Part shown: positions 1 through 9,486 of the stretch, one piece after another | How the letters are laid out: every line of letters starts with the position of its first letter | How positions within the stretch are numbered: the first letter of the stretch is position 1 | From: an uncultured Alphaproteobacteria bacterium | GTDB taxonomy: Bacteria; Pseudomonadota; Alphaproteobacteria; ATCC43930; CGMCC-115725 | NCBI GenBank assembly: GCA_963746885.1 | Contig: CAVVDM010000018.1 | Location: 16,489 to 80,488, forward strand | Direction: 5' to 3' | Length of the DNA stretch: 64,000 nt | Position numbers and translations under genes: made by a program | The notes under the pieces: model-generated | What the model was told of the DNA's origin: nothing | Seen by the model: only the letters and a program-made list of their open reading frames with translations | The model's database searches: none

Positions 1-2
1 TC

Positions 3-83
3 GACCGCAATCTCGCCAGCGGCGACACCGTGCTGATCGAGAACGACCTGCCCGACCTGCTTGAACAGCAGCCGCGTCTCTGA
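3..83 (+). CDS. 3' end of an unidentified CDS entering from upstream of the window (26 codons + TGA)
   Basis: This is the only frame open from the window edge. It ends at TGA 81-83 and has GC-rich third positions. It is too short to assign a family. Confidence 0.25.
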   Translation, partial: DRNLASGDTVLIENDLPDLLEQQPRL

Positions 84-89
84 CGCGGC

Positions 90-773
90 TTACTCGCCCG
101 TGGCGGCGCGCTCGACGATGGTGATGCGCACCGCCTCGAGCGGGTCGTTGGTGACCGGCGACGTGCAGATCTCGCCGTTGCGCTTCGGCCCGACCACCCC
201 GCCGTCGAAGAAGCAGCCCTCGTAGACGATATCGAAGCGGTCGCGCAATTCTGGCGCGGGCCGCACGGCAAACCCGGTCAGCGGCAATTGCCGGCCACGC
301 GTACCGGCGTAATTGCCGTTGCTGACCCAGGCGGTGGCACGGCCTTCCTGGGCAAACACCCGGAACTCGATTGCGCTCGGCTCAAGCTCCTCGCGCGGCC
401 GAATGCTCATCGCTTCGATCTGCCGCCGGCTGCCTGGATGGCCGGCCCATCCCGGCTCGACAAAGCGCCGGTCGCCCAGCCCCATGATGTGCAGCAGCAC
501 CTCGGTACCCAGCTCGCGCGGCACACCGTCCGACGCGACCGCCGTTCCCGCCTCGTCGCGCCGCCGTTCCCCCGCCGCGCGCGCCACGTCGGCGGTGGGC
601 GGCGGGACTTCTGCTGCTGGCGGCGGCGCAGCCGATGTTTGCGCAGCTGGGGCCGGGGCTGCCTCTGCCGGGGGCGGAGGCGCCACCTCGGCGGCAGCCG
701 CCACGGGCTCGGGCTCGGGCTGCGAAGGCGGCGCGGCTGCGGCCACCCGCTCCGCGGGAGAAGGCTCTGGACT
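90..773 (-). CDS. A/P/E-rich linker plus three ChW-like ~36-aa repeats; either the 3' part of ku across a 1-nt frame break or an independent small gene (ATG at 485 or 410)
   Basis: This is the sensible part of ORF 90..1082, and it starts exactly where the Ku frame degenerates. The three repeats are [73 protein letters not shown] and [38 protein letters not shown]. Confidence 0.5.
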   Translation of the reverse strand, partial: SPEPSPAERVAAAAPPSQPEPEPVAAAAEVAPPPPAEAAPAPAAQTSAAPPPAAEVPPPTADVARAAGERRRDEAGTAVASDGVPRELGTEVLLHIMGLGDRRFVEPGWAGHPGSRRQIEAMSIRPREELEPSAIEFRVFAQEGRATAWVSNGNYAGTRGRQLPLTGFAVRPAPELRDRFDIVYEGCFFDGGVVGPKRNGEICTSPVTNDPLEAVRITIVERAATGE

Positions 774-1809
774 CAGGCTCGGGTTCAGGTTCCGGCTCGG
801 GTTCAGGTTCAGGTTCAGGTTCCGGCTCGGCCGCGGCGGCCGGCTCGGGTTCCGGCTCGGGCTCAGGTTCCGGCTCGGAAGCGGCGGCCGGCTCCCCCTT
901 GGGCGCGGGCGCCGGCTCCGGAGTTGACGACACCGCAGCGGCGGCCGGCTCGGGCTCCGGCGCGGCGGCGGTGGCCGGCGACACCTCGGGCTCCGGCTCC
1001 GGCTCGGGGGCCGGTGACGGCGCAGCCGCTGGCGGCGGGAATAACGGCCGTGGCGGCGGTGGGGCCGCTGCGGGGGTCGCAACCGGCGGCGGCGCGGCCA
1101 CTACCGCGGCCGGACGCGGCGGCAGCGCCCCGCCCGTCTTGCCTTCGAGCAGCGCGCGCAGCCGCTCCTCGTAGCGGTCGTGCATCGTGTTCGCGTCGCC
1201 CTCGAGGATGCGGCGCGCGATGATCGCCTGGGCGATCTCGATCGTTTCGGCCGGGACTTCGCTCTCGGGCCGCTCGGCAAACTCTGCCGGTTCGAGCACC
1301 CGCGGCGGTCGCAGGGTCGACAGCATCAGCCCCGCGCCGCATACCTGGATCAGCACCGTGCGCTCGCGCTCGCCAAGTTTGACGTAGCCGATCGCATCGC
1401 GTCCGCCGCGCTGCATCGCTAGGCGCAGCGCCTCGAGCGTGTCCGGCGCGAGTTCGCCGTCGGGATAGATGTAGCAGCTCGCCTCGAGGCGGGCGCGGTC
1501 GACGGAATCGCGCGGGATGAAGTGTGCGACCTCGACGATGTTGGCCGGAACGCCGGTGAGGCCATCGAGCTCGCTGTCGGAAATCGTGACATAGCGGGAC
1601 GAGGCGGTCTGATAGCCCTTCGCGAGCGAGTCGGCGCTGACGACATCGCCGGTACGCGAATCGACGAATTGCTGGGTAACCGGGTTGCCGGTTCGCGAAT
1701 TGACCGGGTCGAGATGTATGACGTGCGCGTCAGCGATCGCCGGTACCAGGCGAACCGGGCAGGAGACCAGCGACAAACGCAAAAACCCATTCCACACCGC
1801 TTCTGCCAT
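382..1809 (-). CDS. ku: Ku protein (non-homologous end joining DNA-end-binding protein)
   Basis: The N-terminal ~265 aa look like bacterial Ku ([24 protein letters not shown]..., ...[16 protein letters not shown]...). Pro/Ala-rich and (Glu-Pro)n low complexity follows. After about nt 775 this frame becomes Arg/Gly-rich nonsense, so the last ~130 codons of the ORF are probably not real. Confidence 0.9.
   Translation of the reverse strand: MAEAVWNGFLRLSLVSCPVRLVPAIADAHVIHLDPVNSRTGNPVTQQFVDSRTGDVVSADSLAKGYQTASSRYVTISDSELDGLTGVPANIVEVAHFIPRDSVDRARLEASCYIYPDGELAPDTLEALRLAMQRGGRDAIGYVKLGERERTVLIQVCGAGLMLSTLRPPRVLEPAEFAERPESEVPAETIEIAQAIIARRILEGDANTMHDRYEERLRALLEGKTGGALPPRPAAVVAAPPPVATPAAAPPPPRPLFPPPAAAPSPAPEPEPEPEVSPATAAAPEPEPAAAAVSSTPEPAPAPKGEPAAASEPEPEPEPEPEPAAAAEPEPEPEPEPEPEPEPEPESRAFSRGAGGRSRAAFAARARARGGCRRGGASAPGRGSPGPSCANIGCAAASSRSPAAHRRRGARGGGTAARRGGNGGRVGRCAARAGYRGAAAHHGAGRPALCRAGMGRPSRQPAADRSDEHSAARGA
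772..1006. repeat. Imperfect GAGCCG/GAACCT hexanucleotide tracts encoding (Glu-Pro)n in the ku linker
   Basis: Runs of ggctcgggttcaggttccggctcgg-type units are directly visible at 772-830, 841-888, 946-960 and 986-1006. Confidence 0.8.
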
Positions 1810-1975
1810 GTGCGCTCTCCGCTAACGCGACCCAGGCCGCACCATACCACGTCGTTTTCGCGAGCTAGGCCCGCCGCTTCTTGTGCGCCGGTCTCCCGCA
1901 GGCCGTGAGTTGACGCCCTCTTATCACAACCACCCAAGCGATGGGACTTGTTATGGTTAAAACGTCAAGAGCGAG

Positions 1976-3235
1976 TTAATTTTGTCGCGCCGCCCGCTGC
2001 CGCATTTGCGCCCAGTCGACCGGCTGACCAAGCTGCAACCGCGTTCCCGCCTCCGGCATTTCGTATTTGAGCCCGCTGGCGCAGTTGAACAGCACGGCTC
2101 GCTCGCCCGGCCGCACCCGCCCGTCCGCCGCCGCCTGCTTGTAGGCGGCATAGGTCGCCGCGCCCTCGGGGCACAGCAGCAGCCCCTCCGCCACTGCGAC
2201 TTCCTGCCATGCCGCGGCGATCGCGGCGTCGTCGACCGCGATCGCAAACCCGCCGCTGTCGCGCACCGCGCGCAGGATCAAAAAGTCGCCGACCGCCTGC
2301 GGCACCCGAATGCCGGCAGCGAAGGTATGCGCATCCTGCCAGCGCGGCGCGTGCTCGACGCCCTCCTCCCAGGCCTTGACCATCGGGGCGCAACCAGCCG
2401 CCTGCACCACCACCATGCGTGGCCGCTTCTTGCCGATCCAGCCGAGCGCCTCCAATTCGTCGAACGCTTTCCACATGCCGATGATCCCGGTGCCGCCGCC
2501 GGTCGGATAGAAGATCACATCGGGCACTTCCCAGCCGAGCTGCTCGGCCAGTTCGAGACCCATCGTCTTCTTGCCCTCGATGCGGTAGGGCTCGCGCAAG
2601 GTCGAGCAGTTGAACCAGCCGACCTCTTTCTCGCCCTCGGCGACCAGCCGGCCGCAATCGTCAATCAGGCCGTTGACCAGGAACACCTGCGCTCCCTGCA
2701 TCGCGATCTCGCGGACGTTGACCGCCGGCGTGTCGTCCGGGCAGAACACCGTCGCGGTCATGCCGGCGCGGGCGCAATAGGCGGCCATCGCCGAGCCGGC
2801 GTTGCCGTTGGTCGGCATCGCCATCGCGGTGACGCCAAGCTCCTTCGCCATCGACACCGCCAATGCCAGGCCGCGCGCCTTGAACGAGCCGGTCGGCAGC
2901 CGCCCCTCGTCCTTGACCAGCAATTCGCCGCCACCCTGCGCCAGACGCGGCAGCGCCAGGATCGGCGTCACCACCTCGCCGAGCGCGACGACATTCTCTG
3001 GCCGGCGCACCGGCAACATCTCTCGGTAGCGCCACAGGGTCTGCGGCCGGGAGGCGAGCATCTCGCGCGACACGCCCCGGCGCATCGCATCGAGGTCGTA
3101 GCGCACCAGCAGCGGCTTTCCGACCCGCGACAGGCCGTGCAATGTGTCGGCCGGGTAATGCTCGCCGGTCTGGCTGCATTCGAGATGGGTGACATAGGTC
3201 GGCAGGTCGCCGCCGTTCCACTCGTAATCCGCCAC
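1976..3235 (-). CDS. Threonine synthase-like PLP-dependent enzyme (fold type II)
   Basis: The PLP-lysine block is KDEGRLPTGSFKARG and there is a glycine loop YPTGGGTGIIG. The GTG start at 3235 sits 5 nt after an AGGAGGA Shine-Dalgarno, so the longer ORF to 3469 is probably not used. Confidence 0.85.
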   Translation of the reverse strand: MADYEWNGGDLPTYVTHLECSQTGEHYPADTLHGLSRVGKPLLVRYDLDAMRRGVSREMLASRPQTLWRYREMLPVRRPENVVALGEVVTPILALPRLAQGGGELLVKDEGRLPTGSFKARGLALAVSMAKELGVTAMAMPTNGNAGSAMAAYCARAGMTATVFCPDDTPAVNVREIAMQGAQVFLVNGLIDDCGRLVAEGEKEVGWFNCSTLREPYRIEGKKTMGLELAEQLGWEVPDVIFYPTGGGTGIIGMWKAFDELEALGWIGKKRPRMVVVQAAGCAPMVKAWEEGVEHAPRWQDAHTFAAGIRVPQAVGDFLILRAVRDSGGFAIAVDDAAIAAAWQEVAVAEGLLLCPEGAATYAAYKQAAADGRVRPGERAVLFNCASGLKYEMPEAGTRLQLGQPVDWAQMRQRAARQN

Positions 3236-3296
3236 GCAATCCTCCTGTGCCCGATCGGTCCGGCCTATACTAGCGCCAGGAGGGCCAGATGCGGCA

Positions 3297-3917
3297 ATGA
3301 GCGAGCGCGAGTGCGACCCCAAGCCGAACCCCGAGACCGCGATCGACAATCGCCTGTTCGTGCTCGTGCTGCAGCACCCGCAGGAGCGCCGCGAGCCGCG
3401 TGCGACCGCCGCCGCCTGCGTCGCCGCGCTCGGCCGCGCCCGGCTTGTCACCGGCCTATCGTGGCCCAACCTGGCGCGCGCCCTCGGCCGGCAAGCCGAC
3501 CCGAAGCGCTGGGGCGTGCTCTATCTCGGCTCGGCCCGGCCGGCGGCGCTTGGCCAGCAGCGCGAAGTCATCGTCCTCGGCCGCGACGGCAAGCCGCTCG
3601 CCGATCCGGCGCCGCTGATCGCCGGGCTCGACGGCATCCTGCTGCTCGACGGCAGCTGGAGCGAGGCGAAGACCTTGTGGTGGCGCAACCCGTGGCTGCT
3701 GAAGCTGCACCGCCTAGTGCTCAACCCGCCCGCCCCGGCCCGCCTCGGCCAGCTGCGCCGTGAGCCGCGCCGCGAGGCCCTGTCGACGCTCGAAGCCGCG
3801 GCGATGGTGCTGCGCCAGCGCGACAACGGGCCGCAGGCAGCCGAGGCGCTGCTGGCAGTGCTCGACCGGCTGATGGCGGCGGCGCGCCGGCCCGATCAGG
3901 CCGCGGCCAGCGCGTAG
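3297..3917 (+). CDS. DTW domain protein (tRNA-uridine aminocarboxypropyltransferase family)
   Basis: The protein is 206 aa and carries the LLLDGSWSEAK (DxTW-type) motif in a typical DTW context. Confidence 0.8.
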   Translation: MSERECDPKPNPETAIDNRLFVLVLQHPQERREPRATAAACVAALGRARLVTGLSWPNLARALGRQADPKRWGVLYLGSARPAALGQQREVIVLGRDGKPLADPAPLIAGLDGILLLDGSWSEAKTLWWRNPWLLKLHRLVLNPPAPARLGQLRREPRREALSTLEAAAMVLRQRDNGPQAAEALLAVLDRLMAAARRPDQAAASA

Positions 3918-4723
3918 AACAGGATCGCCGCTGCCGCCGCGACATTCAGCGACTGCACCGACCCGCCCCCCGGGATTGTTGCGCCCGGGATCGTCACGAC
4001 CACGTCGCACAGCGCCAGCGTCGCCGGGTCCAAGCCGCGCTCCTCGTTGCCGAGAACCAGCGCCACCGGCCGGTCGCTGCGCAAATCGCCGAGCGGCACG
4101 CCGCGGCCCGGCACGGCGCCAACCACCCGGTAGCTGCGCTTCAGCCCGCCGAGCGCCGCCGGCAATGCCGCCCGGTACAGCCGGACCCGGTCGAGCGCCC
4201 CCTCGGCAACCCGGTAGGCAGCCGCTGACGGCAGGGCCTGCTCGGGCCGATCGGCCAGCACGATGCGCGCCACCCCGAAAAACGCGGCGCTGCGGACGAT
4301 GGCGCCGAGATTGTGCGGGTTGCCGATGCCGTCGAGGATCACCAGCGGCTTGCCGTCGCGCGCCCACAGCGCGGCGCGCCTGACGTCGAGCGGCGGCACC
4401 GGGCGCGGCCGCGCCACCGCAACGACGCCGCCGTGGTGCGCCGTGCCGGCGATCCGCGCCAGTTCGTCGGCCGCGACCTCGCGGTAGGGCTTGCGCGCGG
4501 CGGCGAGCAGGCGGCGCGCCGGCGCCAGTTCGGCGGCAAGCCACGGCTCGAAGAACAGCCGCTCGACCCGGCCGGGGTCGCCGGCCAGCAGCGCCCCGAC
4601 CGCGGCCAGCCCGCACACCGCGACAAGGTCGCGCTCGTGCACCCGCTCGCCCGGCGGCGATGCGCCAGGATGAGGCTCAGCGCGGCGCGGACGCGTCGGG
4701 CGAGGCGAAGATCGCGGCGGCAT
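3896..4723 (-). CDS. TrmH/SpoU family RNA 2'-O-methyltransferase
   Basis: SpoU motifs are present: ILDGIGNPHNLGAIVRSA, LVLGNEERGL and IPG...VQSLNVAAAAAILFY. The start is uncertain: ATG 4723 overlaps the upstream gene by 47 nt, and GTG 4642 is an alternative. Confidence 0.8.
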   Translation of the reverse strand: MPPRSSPRPTRPRRAEPHPGASPPGERVHERDLVAVCGLAAVGALLAGDPGRVERLFFEPWLAAELAPARRLLAAARKPYREVAADELARIAGTAHHGGVVAVARPRPVPPLDVRRAALWARDGKPLVILDGIGNPHNLGAIVRSAAFFGVARIVLADRPEQALPSAAAYRVAEGALDRVRLYRAALPAALGGLKRSYRVVGAVPGRGVPLGDLRSDRPVALVLGNEERGLDPATLALCDVVVTIPGATIPGGGSVQSLNVAAAAAILFYALAAA

Positions 4724-6230
4724 CGGCGGCCAGCGCGGCGCGCGAGCGCGGCCGCATATACATCATGTGCCCGCCCGGATAGACGCGCAGGCGAATGCCG
4801 GCCCGCGTCGCGGCCGGGATCGCAAGCTGGTCGATCAGCCAGCGCGAGCCGAGATAGGGCGTCACCAGATCGTAGCGTCCGTTGGCAATCAGCAGCCGCG
4901 TCGCCGGGTGGGCAAGCAGCACGTCCTGCAACGCCGACAACGCCAGCCCGAGCCCGCCCTCGCCGCCGCGCGCGCCCTCCCAATCCCACTGCGCCGACAC
5001 CTCGTGCGGCAATACCCGGTAGGGCTGCTCGGTGTGGTAGCCGAGTTCGTTCGCGGCATAGCTCTCGAACGCCGTCGTATAGGAAGCGACGGCCGGGTCG
5101 AGGACCGGATCGCCGGCATGGTCGTCCCAGGGATTGGCGGTCGTCGCGCGCCCGACCGTCGCGTCGTAGAGGCTAAGAATCTCGCCGGCGCCGCGCCGTT
5201 CCTCGCGCACGAAGGTCTGGGCCGGCACCCGCCCGCGCTCGCGCCGCACGACCTGCGCGGGCAGGCCGATCAGCCCGGCAACCCTGGCGATGAACGGGTC
5301 GCCCGCCGCCGGGATGCCGCTGAGCCGGGCCAGCCCGACCAGATAGTCCGACAGCGCAAAGCGCTCGACCGCGGCCGCATCCTCGCCGCCCTCCCCAGCC
5401 GGTACCTTGCGCGACAGCACCGCCGCGCTGGCGGCATAGCTCGGCAATTCGAAGGCCGGGGCGAGCGGGTCGGCAATATCCGGGTGCAGCAGCGCGATAT
5501 CGAGCGCCGGCGAAATCAGCACCAGCCCGCTGACCGTCACCCCGACATCGCGCCCCAGCGAGCGCGCCAGTGCGGCGGCGCGAAACCCGCCGTAGCTCTC
5601 GCCGACCAGAAACACCGGCGCATCCCAACGCTGGTGCCGGGTCAGCCAGCGGCGCACCACGCCGCCGAGCGAGCTCAGATCACTGCGCACATTCCAGAAC
5701 GGCTTGTCCGGGTTGTCCTCCTTGCCCGTGCCGCGGCTGAACCCGGTGCCGACCGGATCGACAAACACCAGATCGGTGAAGGCGAGCCAGGTCGCCGGGT
5801 TGTCGACCAGCGCGACCGGCGGGCCCGGCACCACGCCGCTCGGCGGCGTGTCGATGATGCGCGGCCCGAGCGCCCCCAGATGCAGAAACACCGAGGCCGC
5901 CCCGGGGCCGCCGTTGAACACGAACGCCACCGGCCGGCGATGCCCCTGCGACGCCTCCGCCAGATACGACACGGTGAAAACCGAAGCCGCGGGCTGGCCC
6001 TTCCGGTCGGTCAGCCCGATGGTTTCCGCCACCGCCCGGTAATCGAGCGGCTGCCCCGCGAGCATCAGCGTGTGCCGCGTCTCGACCCGCGCCGGCAACT
6101 CGGGTGCCGCGCCGTGCGCCGCGTCGGCGCCTCGCGCGGCCGGCGCGCCAACGACGATCAGCCAAAGCAGGATTGCGGTAACCGCCCGCACACCGGGCAG
6201 CAGACAGCAGGTTCTAGGCAACCGGTCCAA
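4677..6230 (-). CDS. S10 family serine carboxypeptidase, secreted
   Basis: There is an N-terminal signal peptide. Family motifs are FNGGPGAAS, FVDPVGTGFS and the catalytic block LVGESYGG. Confidence 0.85.
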   Translation of the reverse strand: MDRLPRTCCLLPGVRAVTAILLWLIVVGAPAARGADAAHGAAPELPARVETRHTLMLAGQPLDYRAVAETIGLTDRKGQPAASVFTVSYLAEASQGHRRPVAFVFNGGPGAASVFLHLGALGPRIIDTPPSGVVPGPPVALVDNPATWLAFTDLVFVDPVGTGFSRGTGKEDNPDKPFWNVRSDLSSLGGVVRRWLTRHQRWDAPVFLVGESYGGFRAAALARSLGRDVGVTVSGLVLISPALDIALLHPDIADPLAPAFELPSYAASAAVLSRKVPAGEGGEDAAAVERFALSDYLVGLARLSGIPAAGDPFIARVAGLIGLPAQVVRRERGRVPAQTFVREERRGAGEILSLYDATVGRATTANPWDDHAGDPVLDPAVASYTTAFESYAANELGYHTEQPYRVLPHEVSAQWDWEGARGGEGGLGLALSALQDVLLAHPATRLLIANGRYDLVTPYLGSRWLIDQLAIPAATRAGIRLRVYPGGHMMYMRPRSRAALAADAAAIFASPDASAPR

Positions 6231-6515
6231 CCTTTCCCGGGCAGATCATCGGGCGCGCATAATCGGCGCGTTGCCTCGGCGCCGGCAAACGATTTCCCGC
6301 GCCGGCGATATTGCACCGGCCGTGGCGTCGCGGCTCACCATTGCGCCTGAAATTTCGGCAGATAGAGGTTGGTATCGACAGCAAACGCCGCGACAAGTCA
6401 GCCAGCCGCCGGCAGTATCCACCGAGGGGCCGCCGGCCATCACAACCGCGCCGCTTGCCCCACAGCGCGGAATCGAGGAATAGAGAGCAGCCTCGTATCG
6501 TGGAGAAGCGGCAAG

Positions 6516-6818
6516 ATGCGCGCACTCGCCTTATTGTGTCTGGTCTCGCTCGCCGGTTGCGTCGGCTCGGTGCGCGACGAAGGCTTCGCCGCCACCGGCC
6601 CGGCCGCCTTCCTCTACAGCGCGCATACCAGCACCGTCATGACCCCCAATGACGACGGCGCCGCCGAGCGGCTGCGGCGCGATTGGATCGCCGACGCGGT
6701 GCAGGCGCACGCGATGTGCGCCAGCGGCTACGTGATCGACACCAGACGCTACGTTCCCGATGCCAAGGGACCGGTCGGCAGCGGCGGCGAAATCCTCTAC
6801 GCCGGGCGCTGCCTGTGA
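6516..6818 (+). CDS. Small lipoprotein, function unknown
   Basis: ATG 6516 lies 9 nt after GGAGAA. The N-terminus MRALALLCLVSLAGC contains a lipobox. Confidence 0.55.
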   Translation: MRALALLCLVSLAGCVGSVRDEGFAATGPAAFLYSAHTSTVMTPNDDGAAERLRRDWIADAVQAHAMCASGYVIDTRRYVPDAKGPVGSGGEILYAGRCL

Positions 6819-6822
6819 CGGC

Positions 6823-7344
6823 TCAGCCGCGCCAGTAGTCGAGCAGCGGCGCGGCCCGGCCGGTGACCGGATCGGCCGCGGGCAACGGCACCCCGGCGAT
6901 GCTGGCGAGCGCGGCCGTGTGCCGGCCGGGCTCGGCCCGGCACAGGTCGGGGCGCTGGCCGCGCGGGTAGGCACCGACCACCACGAGATCGCCGCTCGCG
7001 CTCTCGCGCTTGTGAGCGACGCCGGCCGGGATCACGACGACGTCGCCGGTTTCGAGATCGACCGTCTGCCCGCCGTCGCCGCCAAGCCGCACCCGCGCGT
7101 GGCCGCGCGCAATGCCGAGCACCTCGTGCGCGGTGCTATGATAATGATGATGCGCATAGATGCCGTTGCGCCAGGCGTCAGGCCAGCCGTTTTGCGCGAA
7201 CAGCCGCTCGCAGGCGCTCGCCCGGTCGCCGCTCTCGGGCAGCGCGCCGCGATAGACGACAAGCGGGAGCGGATTGTTCGGCACGATCCCATCATCGCCA
7301 AAGCGTAACGTCTCGACGACCGGCGCGCGCGGCATGTCGTTCAT
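6823..7344 (-). CDS. Cupin domain protein (YjlB-like)
   Basis: It has the N-terminal ETLRFGDDGIVPNNPLPLVVYRGAL block and the cupin core HYHSTAHEVLG...GDVVVIPAGVAH. A GGAG lies upstream of ATG 7344. Confidence 0.75.
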   Translation of the reverse strand: MNDMPRAPVVETLRFGDDGIVPNNPLPLVVYRGALPESGDRASACERLFAQNGWPDAWRNGIYAHHHYHSTAHEVLGIARGHARVRLGGDGGQTVDLETGDVVVIPAGVAHKRESASGDLVVVGAYPRGQRPDLCRAEPGRHTAALASIAGVPLPAADPVTGRAAPLLDYWRG

Positions 7345-7464
7345 GGCCCTCGCTCCATTTGCAATCCGAAAATCGTACATCGGGGTTGGCCTAGCTTGGG
7401 TCAATGCCTCCCATTCGTCGTGGCCGGGCTTGTCCCGGCTAAGCGCGCTGCCGATGTTTCGGCG

Positions 7465-8172
7465 ATGAACATCGCCGACCGCGTCCTTTACCGCGACGGG
7501 CTGGTGCTGGTGATCGACAAGCCGGCCGGCATCCCGGTGCATGCCGGGCCGGGCGGCGGGCCGCATCTCGAACACTGGTTCCCGCTGTTGCGCTTCGGCC
7601 TGCCCCGTCCGCCGGCGCTCGCCCACCGGCTCGACCGCGACACCTCGGGATGCCTGGTGCTCGGCCGCCATCCGAAGGCGTTACGCCGGCTCGGCCGCCT
7701 GTTCGCCGACGGCCAGGTCGAGAAGATTTATTGGGCGGTGGTCGCCGGCGTGCCGGCCGAACCCCAAGGCCGCATCGAGGCCGCGCTCGCCAAGCAGCCG
7801 CGCGGCAAAGTCGGCTGGCATATGGTGGTGGACCCGCAGGGGCAGCGCGCCGTCACCGACTACCGGGTGCTCGGCGCCGCGCAGGGCCGCGCCTGGCTGG
7901 AACTGAGGCCGCGCACCGGGCGCACCCACCAGATCCGGGTGCATTGCGCGACGCTCGGCTGCCCGGTCGTCGGCGACCCGGCCTATGGCGGCCCCGCCGG
8001 CGAGGCATTGCACTTGCACGCCCGCGCCATCGCGCTGCCGCTGTACCCGGCGCGCCCGCCGATCGCCGTCAACGCCCCGGTTCCGCAGCACATGCTCGCC
8101 GCGCTCGCCGTGCTCGGCTACGATCCGGCACGCGAGGCGGCGGCGCCCGCAACGGAGAGAATCCCGGCATGA
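7465..8172 (+). CDS. RluA family pseudouridine synthase
   Basis: The catalytic motif HRLDRDTSG is present, along with GRTHQIRVH. Its stop overlaps the purB start (ATGA). Confidence 0.85.
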   Translation: MNIADRVLYRDGLVLVIDKPAGIPVHAGPGGGPHLEHWFPLLRFGLPRPPALAHRLDRDTSGCLVLGRHPKALRRLGRLFADGQVEKIYWAVVAGVPAEPQGRIEAALAKQPRGKVGWHMVVDPQGQRAVTDYRVLGAAQGRAWLELRPRTGRTHQIRVHCATLGCPVVGDPAYGGPAGEALHLHARAIALPLYPARPPIAVNAPVPQHMLAALAVLGYDPAREAAAPATERIPA

Positions 8173-9465
8173 TCCCGCGCTACAGCCGGCCGCAGATGGC
8201 GGCGATCTGGGAGCCAGAGAACTATTTCCGCATCCAGCTCGACATCGAGGCCTCTGCCTGCGAGGCGCAGGCCCGGCTCGGCGTCATACCGGAGAGCGCG
8301 GCGCGCGCGGTGCGCGACAAGGGCGCGTTCGAGGTCGCCCGCATCCGCGAGATCGAGCGCGAGGTGCATCACGAGACGATCGCCTTTCTGACCAACGTCG
8401 CCGAGCATGTCGGCCCCGATTCGCGCTTCATGCACCAGGGCATGACATCGAGCGACGTGCTCGACACCTGCCTCGCGGTGCAGCTGACTCAGGCCGCCGA
8501 CCTGCTGCTCGCCGACCTCGACGCCTTGCTCGCCGCGCTGAAGCGCCGCGCCATCGAGCACAAGCACACACCGACGGTCGGGCGCAGCCACGGCATCCAC
8601 GCCGAGCCGACCACATTCGGCCTCAAGCTCGCCGGGCATTGGGCCGAGTTCGCCCGCAACCGCGAGCGCCTCGTCGCGGCAAGGCGCGAGATCGCCACCT
8701 GCGCGATCTCGGGCGCGGTCGGCACCTTCGCCAATATCGACCCGGCGGTGGAGGCTTATGTCGCCGAGAAGCTCGGTCTCGTCCCTGAGCCGGTCTCGAC
8801 GCAGATCATCCCGCGCGACCGCCATGCCGCCTTCTTCATGGCGCTGGCACTGACCGCCGCCGGCATCGAGCGGCTCGCCACCGAGATCCGCCATTTGCAG
8901 CGCACCGAATTGCGCGAGGCGGAGGAATACTTCTCGCCGGGCCAGAAAGGCTCCTCGGCGATGCCGCACAAGCGCAACCCGGTGCTGTCGGAGAATCTGA
9001 CCGGGCTGTCGCGGCTGATCCGATCGAGCGTGACCCCGGCCCTCGAAAACGTCGCGCTGTGGCACGAGCGCGACATCTCGCATTCCTCGGTCGAGCGGGT
9101 CATCGCGCCCGACGCGACGATCGCGCTCGATTTCGCGCTGGCCCGGCTGACCGGCCTCGTCGACCGCCTCGTCGTCTATCCCGAGCGGATGCGCGAGAAC
9201 CTCGAATTCATTGGGCGGCCTCGTCGACTCGCAGCGCGTGCTGCTCGCGCTGACCCAGGCAGGCATGAGCCGCGAGGACGCCTACCGCCTGGTGCAGGCG
9301 CACGCGATGGCGGCCTGGCACGGCGAGGGCCGCTTCGCCGACCGTCTCAAGGCCGACCGCGACGTGACTCGCTTTCTGTCGCCCGAGACGATCGACGGCC
9401 TGTTCGACACCGCCTATCATCTCAAGCACGTCGACACGATCTTCCGCCGGGTGTTCGGCCAATAG
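8169..9465 (+). pseudogene. purB: Adenylosuccinate lyase, one frame break at ~9205-9212 as assembled
   Basis: The protein starts MIPRYSRPQMAAIWEPENYF and contains GSSAMPHKRNP. The C-terminus (LGGLVDSQRVLLALTQAGMSREDAY...) continues in the +1 frame. The span is 1297 nt, which is 3n+1. Confidence 0.9.
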
Positions 9466-9486
9466 CGCAACCTAGGGAGAAGCGCG

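Noticed and set aside
772-1006. Short periodic repeats that might be taken for a CRISPR array or minisatellite.
   Set aside because: The period is 6 nt with no repeat/spacer architecture, and the tract lies inside a coding linker.
635-1174. Plus-strand ORF encoding (Gly-Ser)n and Ala/Gly-rich sequence.
   Set aside because: It is the antisense reading of the ku (Glu-Pro)n linker and shows no independent coding evidence.
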